From Marsupella aquatica (taxonomy: Eukaryota > Plantae > Marchantiophyta), in NCBI GenBank assembly GCA_973895155.1, contig OZ316893.1:8208963-8272962 (forward strand): DNA of 64,000 bases, read 5' to 3'. The notes beneath the pieces were generated by a model, which searched no databases, was not told the origin of the DNA, and saw only the letters and a list, made by a program, of their open reading frames with translations. Shown here piece after piece: positions 26,582-41,250 of this stretch (within the stretch, counting starts at the first letter, position 1; every line of letters starts with the position of its first letter). A program made the translations under genes and the position numbers.

Positions 26582-26711
26582 TTTTGAGAAAAGGTGATCA
26601 TGAATTACACCATCATTCTAATCATAATGAGTAGTCCATTATGAACACTTTGAGAAAAAGGTGATCATGAATTACATTATCATTCTCATCATGAGCAGTC
26701 CATTATGAACA
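26582..26711. repeat. Tandem duplication, ~66 bp x2
   Basis: tttgagaaaa(a)ggtgatcatgaattaca...gtccattatgaacac occurs twice. Confidence 0.85.
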
Positions 26712-28436
26712 CCACAATTAAGCAGGAAGGGACATGAACTAAGTAACTGTCCCACCTAGGAATGAAGCCGGGACTTAAGAAATGACAAGAAAGGTGCTCT
26801 AGGGTCAAAGCACATGCAGACTCAGTGCTCAAGAGAAGCAAAAAGAAGATTGAGATTGTTGAATTGGCAAGGTACTAAGTCTTGAGACTCATTAGAACAT
26901 TAGTGTCTTTTTAAAACTTAAATATAGATTCATGTCCCTTCCTGCTCATAGACTTTATATACTTTGTCACACAAACATCACGTAGAACCTTCCACCAAAA
27001 TTAATAAAACAGGAGAAAACAAAGTACAATAAAGGGAAAGAAAAGGAGGGTCAAAGAGGACAAACACCCAACAAGTAAAAAGAAAAGCAAATGCAACCCT
27101 AAAAAAGGAAAAAAAGAAAGGGAAAAGTGCCTAACATTACATGCTTGCGAAGGACTAGTGTCCACATTGGAAAATGTGGCAAGCTAAGAGCTAATGGTCC
27201 ACATCCAATGTCTTAACTAAATCAGCAAGTGACACATGAATGTCCTATAGGGGGGCCAGCCAAGTGTCTGTGGAGGAATAATAGCGCCCACTGTGAGGGA
27301 TGGATGATAAATTGCTCGAGCTTGAGCACGCGGTAAGGCCACTGAAATGCACGGTCAAAAGTACGTGAGCAAGATGGATAGTGGGGTCGAGGGACTCATC
27401 CGTCCCTGTTATGGAAGCCCATCAAACTGATGATGAGACTCCCAAATATCTCAATAGCAAGGGGAGTAAGTAGAGTAATCATATGCACAAAAAAGAATAT
27501 ATGGATAAATTGTAAAAAAAACACTGATAGTACGATAAATTGGGACCAATATAATTTAAAGAGTTGTTTCTATGAAAGAAGGAGCACAGGCACCCACCAT
27601 CAATTACAGGAAAACAAAAAGTCTTGCCCTTGGACTTGGTAAGGTCTAACCTAGTTATGGGTCCAATTGTTTGATGCTTCGAAGAATACACAGTGGCATG
27701 TACATGATTTTTTACCTGAACGAACTGAAGTCCAAGAGTGGGGCCTCATTGTACCGTGTGTGCTAGGGGTAGTGTAGGGGTGGTTGTGTCTTTTGGGTTA
27801 ACTAAGTCTTCTTGTGACCAAAGTTTTATTTGGTCTAGGGGATCTAATATTATATCTTTGTTAGGGAAACCGCCCCCAAGTGGCTTGCAAGCAGTCTGAG
27901 GATATTTATCATCAATGGTCCTATCCTTTTGGGGTTTGCCTGATCAGGCGGGTCTTCCAGAATTTCCCTCCTCCCCAAAAAAATGACTTCTATAGCAGTT
28001 ACTACCCTCCTCCTCAAATTCGGGCTTTACCAAGGAATTGGTTTCTTAATCACTCTCCTCCTTGGTATTGGTGTAATAGTGCAAGGAGTCAAACGTTGTG
28101 GCCCCATATATGATAAGCTGGATGCACTAGTGTAACAGTCTATGAATTGGTGTCACATTTAGTTATCCTGAAATCCTTGAACACTAACAGTCCACACAAT
28201 TTCCACAATCATTCTACTTCTTTTCCTTCATTGAATGTGCTAGCCAAGGCCAAAGGTGACACAAGTGAGTCTCCCATCTACCAACAAGTTTGACAAGATA
28301 CTCTGATGGACTTCCAAAATGAGAGGACTCTCTTGGAATTCCCATGCTAGTGAGGGCTTGAAGGGAGTCTCAAAGGTTCAAAGTTGTGGATGATGGCTTA
28401 ATTATTGCCATAAACAAATGGCCAGATTTTTTACAT

Positions 28437-28530
28437 GGTTATGTAAAAGTTTTTTTTTTTTTTTTCACTAGCCTCTACACTGACTTATGGTCATAGCATA
28501 TAACCAATCTTTATGGCAAAAAGTTAATAT
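28437..28530. repeat. Dispersed repeat family member (other copies ~4517-4585 and, inverted, ~35000-35106)
   Basis: Shared core tatgtaaaa-(T-rich)-ctagc(c/t)tctaca(c/g)tgacttat(g/a)g. The 28.4-kb and 35-kb copies continue with gtcat.gcatat.acca.tc.ttatggcaaa. Confidence 0.65.
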
Positions 28531-31500
28531 GGACTACAAATCTGGTAGTCAATCATTTTTTTGTCTGTAACCTAAGTTAAGGTCAATGAATGTTTTTAGA
28601 TCTGAGGCCGGATCTGAGACTCACCCCCTAATAGATATATTGAATTCTTGTATGTCCATCATCATGTGGGGAAGAGTTGGGCAACAGGGACAACCCACAA
28701 GCGAATCAGGGAGGGAATGATGTAGAGCAGCAGGGAGAAATCCAAGGCCACTGAGAGGGTCTTGTGTTGCAATTATTTCCCAATTTTGCATGGGAAGTGC
28801 CATGCGAAAGACAGAATGTTGAATTCTCTATAAGGCAAAGTTTGTTTAATTTCTCCAGGCCAGCTGCTACCTGACACTTCACCCTGCACAGAATGTTGAA
28901 TTTCCTCCTGGACAGAATAATTTCTATGTGGACAAAATATTTGTTCCAAAAGCAATTTAAAGGGTTCCAAATGGATCAATTTTTTAATAGTAATAATTCA
29001 ACTTCTAATTTGTTTGTGACGGTTTTCTCTTGGCTTTTTTGGTCATTTAGAAATTATTTTCTTGGTGTTTTCTAAAATCTAGTTTGCACTGATTGCAATC
29101 ACCCGTTTTGAAGTGTATGGTTTCCATTTTCTTCGATCGCTGTGTGTGAGGAGACCCTGTTTTGTTAGTTTTTTTCAACAATGAAAAAAATGAAGCATTT
29201 CAAATGCTACTTGGGCAGACAGTGTTCTTACCATTAGGCTATACTCTCAACTCTCGGAAAAAATAGCAATTACTCACCATATACTCCTTCTCTATACTCA
29301 TTTGAAGCTAGCTCCTCTTCTCCTGGCCAGGTGTGATGAGCCAACATATATTACTGCCCATTCACTCTAGATTATTTACATCATTCTATAGTAGATGCTG
29401 ACCTCCAATGAATGTCCACATTAATTTTCAGTTCCATGATAACATATATATATATATATATCAGTGCCCAAGGGCAAAAGAAGCTGAATTAGTAGGGAGA
29501 GAAGATCCCAAAGGCAAAGCACCCCAATGAAGGGAATGAAAAGAGGGGAAAGAGCCCCAAGAAAAATAAGCCAAGAGGACTCCCACCAAAAGAAGGAACA
29601 AGGACCAAAACAGAGGGTAGTTCATGTCATTGAGAGCACAATTCATTTCTTCTTCTCAGCTGGTCAAGATGTAAGGACCCAACAATGACTAGATGCCAAG
29701 CCGAACCACAATCATTATAATCGAACCTCACTTTCTGATTTTGGATCTCGTTTGCATCATTTCTGCAGTATTCTATTGAACATTGCTCATCTCTGACTAC
29801 AAGATTGCAAACGGTGGTACGTGCGGTAAAGAATCAACGCTGCTCTAATAATGAGACAATTAATACTAGTATATATAGTATTGACCAGTTACTTGGAGGA
29901 ACACTCATGAAGTTCATGATCATCGGTGCTCAAGAGAGCTGCGGCATCCGTGAAGCAGGTGCCCATGTTTCTGGTAAGCCGAGTGAGTGATGAAACTAGT
30001 GATGAAACTACCCTGTTGGTAATCACACATCAAAATGTGGATTTGAAAGGAAAAAACTAGGATTATCACGGTATCAGGGGTGTCGTACATCGTATATGTC
30101 ATAATTTGATGTGCAATTACCGAGACCCATGAAACTAGTGAATACGTCACCATAGGCGTTTCACTTCCTACGCTAGGTCTCCAGTATTTGGTTGGCTCAG
30201 AAGTCCATGTACGTGGACATTTGGTGGTGGATCGTTGTGCTCCAACTATTACTTTGTGCTCAAACTGCTCCTGATTCGAAGCATGCTTTAGAGTTCTGCA
30301 GGTAACGCTTCTAAAAACGAAAGCTGTGGCTGCTCCTCGGGACTTACGGAATACCGTCCCTTTAATCCTACTCGGATTCGATGTGTCTCACACATGTGCG
30401 CACAACTTTTCCATTGCAATTATCACCATGGGACTGGTCGGAAGGTAGCCAGTAGGACCAGGATTATGCCATTCTTCGATGCGATTCTGGGAGGTGCTTT
30501 TCTGATCCATTATGATTGCTGGTCCATAGAACCACCACCTGCACAGCGTTGCACCTCTCGATCTTACTTGGTTCCCAGCTTGGTAAAAGATTTATGAGAA
30601 GCTTCGAGCAATTCACGAGGTTGAATAAGTCTCTCCCAGAGCCCAAAGCATCAATTTCCAAAGTGCACATCATCAATTGAATACACGTTTTCTATATCTT
30701 CCGCGTTCCATTACCTTTCGCTAGGCGCGAAGCGTAGAATGATGTAGTTACACTGATCCTGGGCTCATCGCCTTGGTGATGACATCCGCACGCTGTCACT
30801 TTTATCAATAAAAAAAAACTCGGCTGAATATAGCAGAAGGTCCCACCTGGCGAAGCGTAGATTGACGTTTGTCTTTCGAGGCAAAAAGAAAAGATTGACG
30901 TTTGTCAACATTGGCCTCATTCCTTCGATTCGGCCGCCATGCAATGGAGAGTAACGCCAACATATTTGTTCGTTCTCGTCAACTTACTGGAGACCAGCAA
31001 AGAATGGCTATGGGTCTGTAGCTAGACTCTAGTGACGTGGGTGTCCACTTTCTTTCAGCTTCCCGACTCACTCAGAATCATTGTCTGGCTTTCATATCGT
31101 TTCAAAAGATTTGTTTGGCTTGGAAAGATTTCGCAGTTGAAGATCTGCTGGTCTTGGATACGCACTGAATCGTAAAAATTTACAAAGGTGGGAAAAATGA
31201 AGCACTGTAGGTTTTTCGATGACACATGTTCAATCCATGAGCGTCAAAACACAGTAATCATGGCTGAAGAGGAAGCAGCCAGCTAGAAGGAAATTCAAGT
31301 GCAACGAGGAACGAGACAGCTAGTAATCACAGAAGGGCAAATTAGCGCATTGTATCTGGAAAGGTTTCACAATTGGCAACTCCTTGGAGTGGCATGTGGA
31401 GCACTCTCAAAAACTGGAGGATCAAAGTTTTCACAATTGGAAAACCCCTTGACTGGCATGTGGAGCACTATCAAAATTTGGAAGATCAATGACTCAGCCG

Positions 31501-34500
31501 ACACACCCTTTTATAAACTTTGCTGACGATCCCTCCTTTGTATTTTGCGAAATCGGAACGCCATGATTCTATTGCATTCCTGAATGATCTCTTGCTGTGC
31601 CCGGGCTGAGTGGTGCCTTTCATCCAATCCACCTTAGGCCCTTAGCCCCGTCGGAGCTAGACTCGTCATCCAACTGGTCACATGGCATCACCCTGCTGTG
31701 ACTGTCGTTGTGAAATCTTATAATTTCATCAACTACACATTACTGTCGATCATAAAATTGATCTCAAGTCTTGAGATGTTGAATAGAGTAATAGGAAATC
31801 CACTATGTGAAGAAAAGATGCTCAAAATGCAAATTTGAGTGAAGAAACAAATTTTGAGATTACGGACGTTAGATTTTGGCTAATGGGGCCTGAGATTAAG
31901 TGGGACCAAGAAAATAATAATTATTTCTTGCCAAAAATGGTAAAAGCTTTTCGGGGAGGTGGAACTTGGCTAATTTTTTTGGCCACTTAAAGAAACGCTG
32001 CCTCCAAGTGCCAACACCAAGGGGAGAATTTAATATGTAGAACTGGTCTGTCAGGAATCGCTCTTATTTTCCATGAAATCTTGGACGACGCGCCAAATTA
32101 CATTTGCTTTGTACTTCATTTAGACAGTGGGCGCAATAACGTCTCAACTTCTTTTGTCCTAATGGGGGTCCTATTATTCAAATGGGGATTGAATGAAAAG
32201 ACATCAAATTCAACAGCACAAGGTACAGTTTGTTGGATAGAGCTTCCTTCACCCTTTCTGGTATTTATTCTTTGCCTACTTGTCCATGCATCTCCCTCCA
32301 AGTTTGGCTCTCGTACCACACTCCCCGTACCTTCCCTTTCCCCCCTTTTCTCTCTTTTTTATGGCATCAAAGCCACTCTAGGTTTATTGAGTAGTCCCGC
32401 CCTTAAATTGCACGTAGTGAACCATGAACCCTTGTAACAAGGCATTATAGGCCATAATGCCACCAAATTGAGGTTACTAGTTCAAGTTTTGCGGGCTATT
32501 ATTGCCCATATTGCCCCTTTGTCAGGGTGCTAATACACTCAAGGGCCTCAGTGATTTACAGAGTTGCTCTAGGTTCAGGAGGTCTGCTGTAGCCTAGGAT
32601 GGATGCAGGATTGTACTGATGCCTACTTCTTGTTTTGAGTTGCACACTCTTCAATCACAGGCAAGAAATATTTCCGGGCAATTTCTACCCTCAATTCCTG
32701 TCAAAACATAAATTGAAACCTGGATGAAAGTCCAGGCTTGCCAAAATGCTCTGAAAAGACTTGCACCCTGGTTGGACTGCAGCAAACCCTCTTTTCTGCT
32801 CATATAGTCCAGGTTACCCCCATGAGTGAAATGTGGCAAGAAAACAGGATTTTAACTCTTAAAGAATCATTTTCAAGTCTCTCAATTCTCAACTAAATTT
32901 GATGATATTAGGCTCATTGGAAAGATCTTCATCTTTCCAAGCATTTTCAACCTGCCCTAAGCACAGATTCCATTAGATATGTAGGAAGATTTTGAATTGT
33001 CAAAGATAGTTGCTCAAAGACTTCACGAAGCCCAGTGTTGACAATGAGTGGAGTAATTTCTAAAAAATCATAACAAAACCAGTGTCCATATAATGAACCA
33101 TAAGGGACAAAATGATACTCCAGTTAAAGCCAACAGCAGCTTAGCCTAGAGAGGCATAACTTTGTGGTAGTTCACTTGAGTAACCAGTGATAGATCTTGG
33201 GTTCAACTGTTGTGGGCTGACTCTTCCCTTTCTGTGAGATTTCACAAATTTCCCTTTAAAAATTTAAATTAAAAAAAAGCCAACAGCAGCTCAAATGGTG
33301 ATGATGCTGGCAACCAAACAACCCAGAATGAAACCTCCAGCTTGCTCTTAACTAAGGTTTTGCACCACCTGTGGGTCTCTCCCTTATTGCCCATTTGTTT
33401 TGTTTCCCCACACGTTTTTGGCCGGGAGCCACATCCCACTATCCCACCAACTACATTCAGATTATGAGCCTGACAAGTTCCAAATTAATCATAAGTGGAA
33501 ACAATTCATTTATCGATAAAAGTTTATGTGTGTCAAGGTGCCCTCTGCAATTCGACATTCTTGTAAGTTCTCTCCTAATAGTACATCTGTGCCCTAAAAT
33601 GTGTCCCGTACCTCACAAGTGCAAAGTTCACTCTATTAAATTGGACTTTCACTTATCAATAATCGGGAGGAATGAGTCAAAGGAATTGTGCCCGTAACCG
33701 TAGTCTTGTTTAGTGCTTCCAAAATAAAGTACTAAATGGTCGGGAAAAAATTGGACGAACGGGATATCGTGCAATGAGCCAAGGAATGCACTTAGGGAGT
33801 GTGCACTCATAGAGAGATGACTGTACGAAAAAGGTTTCGGAAGGGACGAGAAGGACAGAATGATACCTGACTGACCGTACGGATAATAGAGTCAGAATAT
33901 ATACTTTCCGTCAGAAACTCAGTTGAACCCTGTGTCAGGCTTCCCTCGTCCAATCAAACGTCGTCTGAGCAGAGCCCCGCTTCGCCCGGATTGGTTCCAT
34001 CACGGGACCTCGTGCGGTCCATTTTGGTGCACGCGTATGTACTTCATGAATAGTTGAATACCGTATGGTGTACTGTACCTCTTCGGGCGCTGTGGGCGCG
34101 CTACAGTAGTGTAGAGCCTGGCGTCTAGAGCCGCCGTGGGTTGGGGGCTTGGGGCAGTTTGGGACTGTAGAGTACTTTTAGGGGCTCTTCGGGTTCAGTT
34201 CGCGGCCCCACCTTCGGCAGCCTTCTTGGCTTTCGAGTACTGTACCGCGGCGCTCTGTACCAACACCAAATGATTTGTTTGGATAGTTTCTTGTGATCAC
34301 GTGTGATTTTTTTTATAGAGTGGTGGTCTTCTCGTCGGTTTTTGCCTTACCCCCGGTTTTGTTTGCATTGATTTCATTATTAGGGTGTCTCAATTTTCTT
34401 TTGATTTTGTCTCCGGGAGTGCAGAGTCAAGGGCGTTTTCATGGAGACAAAAAGTGGCGACACAAAAATGCTAATACCCACACTAGTGATGGCACACCAG

Positions 34501-37500
34501 AACTTGTATTTTTGGGATAAGTTTTTTCCACTACAGTGAAGGTTTGAGATGCGCTATTAGTGCATCTCAAAGACCAGCGTTACAAGATAAGGTCTTCCAT
34601 AAATTAAGTATTACAAGAACTCTTGTAAAAGTTATGTGAGCCAATATTTGGCTACCATAAGGAACATCTGTGGGCTCAACACTCTACCACAACCTTAAGT
34701 GCAAATCCCGAAATCCAGAACCTCAGAACTCCAAAAAGCTGCAATTGAAGGCACATGGACTTTGCACCTGCAGTTGTTGATGACTGTTGCATTTGAAGTG
34801 GCAGCTGATCAAGATGTTAAAAATTTATTAACTGGGTCCCATAACCAGAGCTATAGGATGGACCACAAATCCATAACTTTAATCAACCCTTAGCTTTGAG
34901 ACACCCTGTTAGGGTGCACCAAAAGTTTAAATTTGATGACCTTAACTTAGTAATTAACCTTACCTACAAGAAAAGTTATGGACTACCCAAATTCATAATC
35001 CATAACTTTGCCATAAGGACTGGTCATATGCCATGACCATAAGTCCCGCCATAAGTCACTGTAGAGGCTAGACGTGATAAAAAATAAAATAGAATTTTAC
35101 ATAGCCCTATGAAAAAGCTATGGCCAAAAGCCATCTCCACAACTTTGAAACTTTGAGACTCCCTAATATATGGGAGGTTTTTGTTGCACTAGAGAGGGCC
35201 AAAACATTCATTGTTTTGTGGTTGGTAGAGTCTGTTTTGCTAAGGGTAGAGCATTCACGTGCGGATAAGTGCAGGGCAGCATTCACGTTGCGGATATTGG
35301 GTTTAGCAAAATATTTGTGGAAGAATATTAGGGACCATGTGTTAATCCAGTTTTGAGAATGATAATAATCATACGGGTTTTTAAAATCCAAATATGAGTA
35401 TCCCAAAAACATTCCAAAAAGGAAGAGGTCAAAAAAATTATTTTTTAATTTTTAATTAGGTTTTAGGATGTTTATTCTCCCAAAACTTTGTGTATGATAT
35501 GAGTCTCCCTAGTGTTTGTTCAAGGACCTCTAGACAGATTACTCCTATACTCTTAACTCTATAGCTTTACCAGCAGCTAAGTACTACATTAGCCATTGTG
35601 GGAGACTCGTAGTATTTTTGGCTCTCCTGTCTTCTTGGGTTTCTCCCTTGTTCTCTACCCTTGATTCTCTTGCATTTGGGATTTTGTGGCTGGTTTGCCA
35701 CATTTGATTCATTTGCAATGTTGGCATGTCGACACTTAGTCTAAATCTATTTGTACAACTTTATGTATATCTACAATACCGTAAATCTACATGTAAATGC
35801 AATATAGTAACAGGGCATAATTAACTACTATAAACAATCCCATCAAAACTTTTTGTACTCGGCTTACAAACTTGAAAGGAGGTAACAAAATCAACCGTCC
35901 AACACATTCTAAAGTTGATTTCTCACTGTAGAATTGTGTGCATTGGGTTGCCCAAGGAGAGTATATTATCTTGGGAGGTGGGTATTACAATTGACAATTC
36001 TTTTAGATAAGTCAAAATAGGCATGTAGTAGGATGAACATGCTATAATATAGGCTATAGGGAGATAATGGTAGGCCTGCAGATTATATTATATCATATCA
36101 TAAGTATAATAAAATCATTATATCAAAGTGTGGTGGTACATGTGATACCCCTGTGCCTACCTACTTTACTACCATATGGGAAGCACACATATGTAGCACG
36201 GGATGTAGCACGGGCGGTAAATTTTGATTTGTTTGGGCTTACTATTGATGTTTACTCACTATGTTTCCCTGACTTTTTTGAAGGTATTTGAGGGATAGGG
36301 GTGGTGTTACTTTTGTCTTAGGTTTCGGGTCAAATGCATGGGGCCATTGCCTACCCCTCCCACCTTTCCTGTTTCTTGAGGTGAGGGGGGATTTCCTTTT
36401 ACCAGTTGTGGGTGCAGGCAAATTGTTGTGACAAGGTGAATCAATGTTGCACAATGCTTCTTTTTTGGCCCCCATCTGGCCCCCAGTTCAAATTTGCTTA
36501 CTTTGTCTTCCATTTTTCTTTGCATCTCAGAAAATATCTTTGTTTGCATGGATTCTTTTTTGCTCCAATAGATTTTGGCCTTTCCCATGGGATTAGTTTT
36601 CTTTGCAACCCATTGGCACCATATACTTTCATTCCCACAATCTTTGGGTCAACCTAAACAAGCCACATTTAGCACCTGGCACACAAATTAGGTGGTTGTT
36701 TTCTTTCCTCAAGTGGGTTAAAGGGAAGTGCCGCTTCTTTGCCTGCACCCTGTACCCATCTAGTGCCTTCCCTTGCACCTTGCACTTCCCTGCCTGCTCC
36801 CTCGCTTGGGGACTGGGGAACCCTGCTTGAACCTGGCTTTGATAATTTAAGAAAATACAAAATGTAACTTTGGCACAAAATCCAAATTTTATTTTCTTGT
36901 TGTTACTTTTTTTTCCACTTTGCTACCGGATTCTTAGGATCCTTAGGGGTCACCTCCTGAATTTGGTTTTGCATTCACCTCATTAAAATCCTGATTCAAA
37001 TAGAATACATATATTTTGCTTTTGCTTTTGCTACATTTTCATTGGACTTTAAGTATGCAAAACTTAAAGACCATTTTCGTGTGGATTCATTTTTGGATTT
37101 AGCTACCTCTTGGCCCTTCTGTCTGCAGCTGGCTTTGAGGACTGTTGGGATATTGGCATTTTGACGTCGGTTGTGGTGTGTCCTGGCCCTTGGCTTCTAT
37201 TGTTTTGCGCCACGGTGGCCATTTTCATAAATTGTCAAGTTCCAACCAACCAAAAATCAGGCAACTAAAATTAGGTTAAGCCACAGGAACATGCAAGACA
37301 TTTTCAAGTTGAATTTCTTTCTGAGTGTTTGGTTCTTGAGATTTGAAGAACGGAAGCAAAGATGGATCTCCAGGTTTGAAAAAATGCCACAATCATACAC
37401 TTGCACGCCTAGACCACCTAGGACACATCATTGAGAGGGAATGTGGGAGAGACAGGGTTGGTTGGATGTGGGTGGAGGGGTGAACACAGCCAGAAGTAAT

Positions 37501-38021
37501 TTGCATGGCACGCCTGGGCCGCATAGAAGGCACAGGGCCAGGTCGGAGGGAGTGTGGGTAAGAGTTGGGAGGTAGAGGGCACCCAGAAAGTGTAACACCA
37601 CTAGCATAGACCCTTCAAAGAGTTTGCAATGCCAAGAGGGAACATTGGTAACTGATGAGAGGAGTCGCAAGGCAGAGGGTGTACACTGAGTTTTAAAGGG
37701 GTCCCCATGCAAAGAAAAGTGTCGAGCGTGGATTGACCTGTTTCAGAAATCATTCGGTGAGGGAATGCAGTCTGGGGATGGGGTTGTGGGAAGCAAGGCA
37801 TTGTCAACGCAGCATTTCTCTTTGGAACATAATTACTTTTGGCAGATCCAATGGCTGGGAAGATGCTTGTGGCATATCCAATGATGGGTTTTGGTTCCCA
37901 CCAAATTTGAAATTTGTATGTTGATCATCATCAATGCAGAAGTCAGACTAAGATAGTCCTTATACTGATTTAGATTAGATAGATACAATATGCCCACACA
38001 CAAATTACAAAAAAAAACCAA

Positions 38022-38090
38022 TTGGCTTAGGTCAATTGGCTAGGGGATTTGCTTGGAACTGAGAGGTCCCAGGTTCAATCCCCCCTCCAC
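38022..38090 (+). mobile_element. tRNA-derived SINE-like head
   Basis: A-box-like TAGGTCAATTGG and B-box GGTTCAATCC at tRNA spacing (gaggtcccaggttcaatccc); no intact cloverleaf. Confidence 0.45.
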
Positions 38091-40589
38091 ACACTGGTTG
38101 TTAGAGTGCCTGTATAAGAACATCTGAGGCACTCTAACAAGTTTTTCCTTCATGGAGTGACCAACCACGTTTTCCAGAAAGACTATGGTCAACCATGACT
38201 CCAGGCAAACTGCACAGTTGGATTGTGCGGCCGACTCCCCCACTACCGCCACAACAAAATCTACCAATGATTGACGAATGAGCTCGAATAACGGCAATAC
38301 TCCCCTGCACAGTGCATACAAACAATTCCAAAAGAAGCAAAGCTGAAGGTGTCGGAGTACACCCTAAACCCTAAACCTTGAAACACGGGAAGACGTATTC
38401 CATTGGGTCTTCAGGCATTAACCCGTCGAATCCTGTGGCAATGGCATTGTTGCCCATTTTGATAAACCGCGGTAGACTACGGCAACCCGCGTGATGGACT
38501 AGACGTTGTAGATTACAACAACAAGCATGATGGACTGGTCCTGGGAGCACAATGCACTACAAGACAATGAGTATGGTCAACTGTACATAATAGGCACCAC
38601 ACAAGAACAAGTGTATGGGTCATTAAGAGGGGTCCCACTTGGTAAAAAACGTTTTTTGGCCCATAAGGTAAACAAGTTTCACCAGGGGACCCATCAAACA
38701 TATATCTCAATAATTAGTATCCAAACATATGTATTAAAAAACCAGGTAACCACTGGGTTTACTTTTTGACATATTGTCCTCTACATAATGTACTAAAAAA
38801 AAACTCTTTAACCTGTATTTAATATATATAGTAAGCAAATAGAGTACAACCTTGGAGATGCTCTAATTCATAGAGGGGATATTTCAATACCTAGATGACT
38901 ACAGAAATGGAATGGAGTAGCAGATATTTCAATACCCAGATGACTACAGGAATGAATGGATTCAAGAGAAGGAGCGTGATAAATGCACATCAAAATGCCA
39001 TAGCCAGATACAAAAAGAGAGATATGAATTAACAATCCAATTTATCTTGGTACGGAAATACTGCCGGGCAAGTATGATCACTGCTGGTTTAAAATGAGAC
39101 GGAAAGAGTAAACATATTCTCAATGTCATCATCAATTCTTGACAAATCACAAAATCACAGCAGGTAGAAAGAAACAATAAGATTTGGAATGACATACAAT
39201 GCATTCAGTGCATGGAAGACCCAGGCCCTATCACCCACAGTAAGAGGCACCTTCATTTTCATCCTAGATACTGCAGATAAAGGAAGTAACTCCCAGTACC
39301 ATAGTGCAGTAGTAACTTGGTGCATTTACTTAAATTTTCCCACCCAAAACATGTGTTGGCAGTGTATTTCAACAGAAAACACATTTTAGACAATATGTCA
39401 CCCTTACAACATGTTTCAAGCTATTGTGTCTAAATATATATTCGTCCTATTTCCCAATGCGATCAGAATAGCACAACGCTTTTTGGGATTTTACTTTTCT
39501 TATACACTCAAAACCAATTTTTAAAAATCACTGGGAAATCCTTACTACTGCTTTGCTTGAGCATGACAACCCAGTAAGGACTCAACTACTGTATAATCTA
39601 TTCCATACTGGCTTCCATAGGGTTGCTCCAACGTAGGAGATGCTCTAATTTAGATTGTGTAGGCAGCATATGGGCTACATACAGTACAAGCCCTGTATAA
39701 AAGATCTAGTAAGATGGGGACTACTATAGTTATCTTCTTGGACAAATAATATTATTGGCTTGTCACGTACTATAATTACACCTTCTTGGACAATATAGAA
39801 CAGCTTTGAAATACTTTGCCACTAAAGATATTCTAGTTGACAATATCACAAATTATTTTTGTATTTACAAATATATCATGATTGAGGACATGAACAACAA
39901 GCTCACTAAATTAACCATATAACAAAACTTTTTCATATTTGTAAATATACTAAAAATCATGTAAAGTAGAACATTTTTAGTAACAATGTACTTAAAAGCT
40001 GCAGAATAATATTATTGGCTTGTTAATGACAGCTAATTGCATTGGTGTGCCACTTCTTGGACAGTCTAGAGAGAGACCTCTCTGGAAAGGCCCTTATGAT
40101 TACACTTTCTCTACAATGTAAACTTAAACGACTCTTCATGCCTGAATTTTATCCACAATATGCACTACCCAAATTGCAAGGAGTTAATTGCAGGGAGTTA
40201 AGTTTATGCACTTCTGGATATTGGCATGACTAAGTAACTGCCACATATGCAATTCATGCCCGACCACCTCCACCCCAACCTCCATGCTCGATATCTTGCT
40301 CTCTCAATCACTCTGAGTTTGAGGTTTGGCATGACGATCTGGTATTGCAGCCCTCATTGTGAACTTGCTGTTAGTCTCAATCTGGATAAGTGCATGTAAG
40401 TACTTGTTGCAAAGCATCTTGTGACTTGTGTTCTCATGAGTACAATTAATCTTGTGTATTTTGTCATTGAGTGAGAGTAAGGGTAAAGATGCACTTATTA
40501 AACTGCATTTCTGTGGTGCGTTTACAAAGGAAAAGCTATATTTCTGTGGTGCGTTTACAAAGGCAAACCCATTGCGCCAAGACATCATT

Positions 40590-41250
40590 GGGACAGCGGC
40601 AACAACGGCAGGGGCAGCAGCATCACGAGCAGCAACAACGAAGGAGGCCAAATATGCTGCACGAGCTTCATCTGATAACTTCTTGCCCCTTGCTCTTGAG
40701 ATATTTGGGCGTCTCCATCATCAGTTCGACGGGCTTCTTCGCCAAGCTGCTCGGGATGTTCATGGCCGGATGGGTCCCACCGGGCCCCCGCTATCTGTTT
40801 TGACCACGCACTTTCGCCAACGCATTTCAGTCACCTTACAGCGTGCTCAAGCTCGGGCCGTCTATCGTCGATCTTTGACAGTGGGTGCTAGTGTGACTCC
40901 GCAGCGGCTAGCCCCCCTAGAGGACATTCCTGTCCCACTTGCCGATCTAGTTTCGACACTTGATGTAGACCACTAGCTTGTTGCCACATTTGCTAGGTAT
41001 GATGAGGACCTCGGTCCATTTGCGGTAGTTTTAGTTACTCTTTCTTGGTTTTTAGGGGTTTCTTTTTGCTCATTTCTTTTAGTTCCTCTTTCTTGGTTTT
41101 TAGGGTTTCCTTTTGCTCACTTCTTTTGAGTTTGGTTTTGTCCACTTGGGACCTCTCTTGTTTATTCTTTTGTACTCTATTTGGCCTTTTTCTCTATAAA
41201 GTATGTGTATATTTTTTATATTTTTTAATTTTTTTTAATTTTTTTTTATA
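40590..41250 (+). mobile_element. 5'-truncated non-LTR retrotransposon 3' end (CRE-like restriction-like-endonuclease C-terminus plus T-rich 3' UTR)
   Basis: ORF 40452..40976 contains AASRAATTKEAKY...FLPLALEIFGRL...FRQRISVTLQRAQA, the K..KY / F.P.a.E.fG / RiS..lQr signature of RLE-bearing CRE/R2-type elements. A T-rich tail follows. Confidence 0.7.

Noticed and set aside
27880-37900. Scattered LINE-like peptide fragments (e.g. ALPMQNW...CPCC, GASLFRAFWQAW)
   Set aside because: Too short and decayed to delimit or classify without a search.
38361-38377. Telomere-like (CCCTAAA)n, also at ~56690-56709
   Set aside because: Only 2-3 units; common interstitial telo-box-like motifs, not a telomere.
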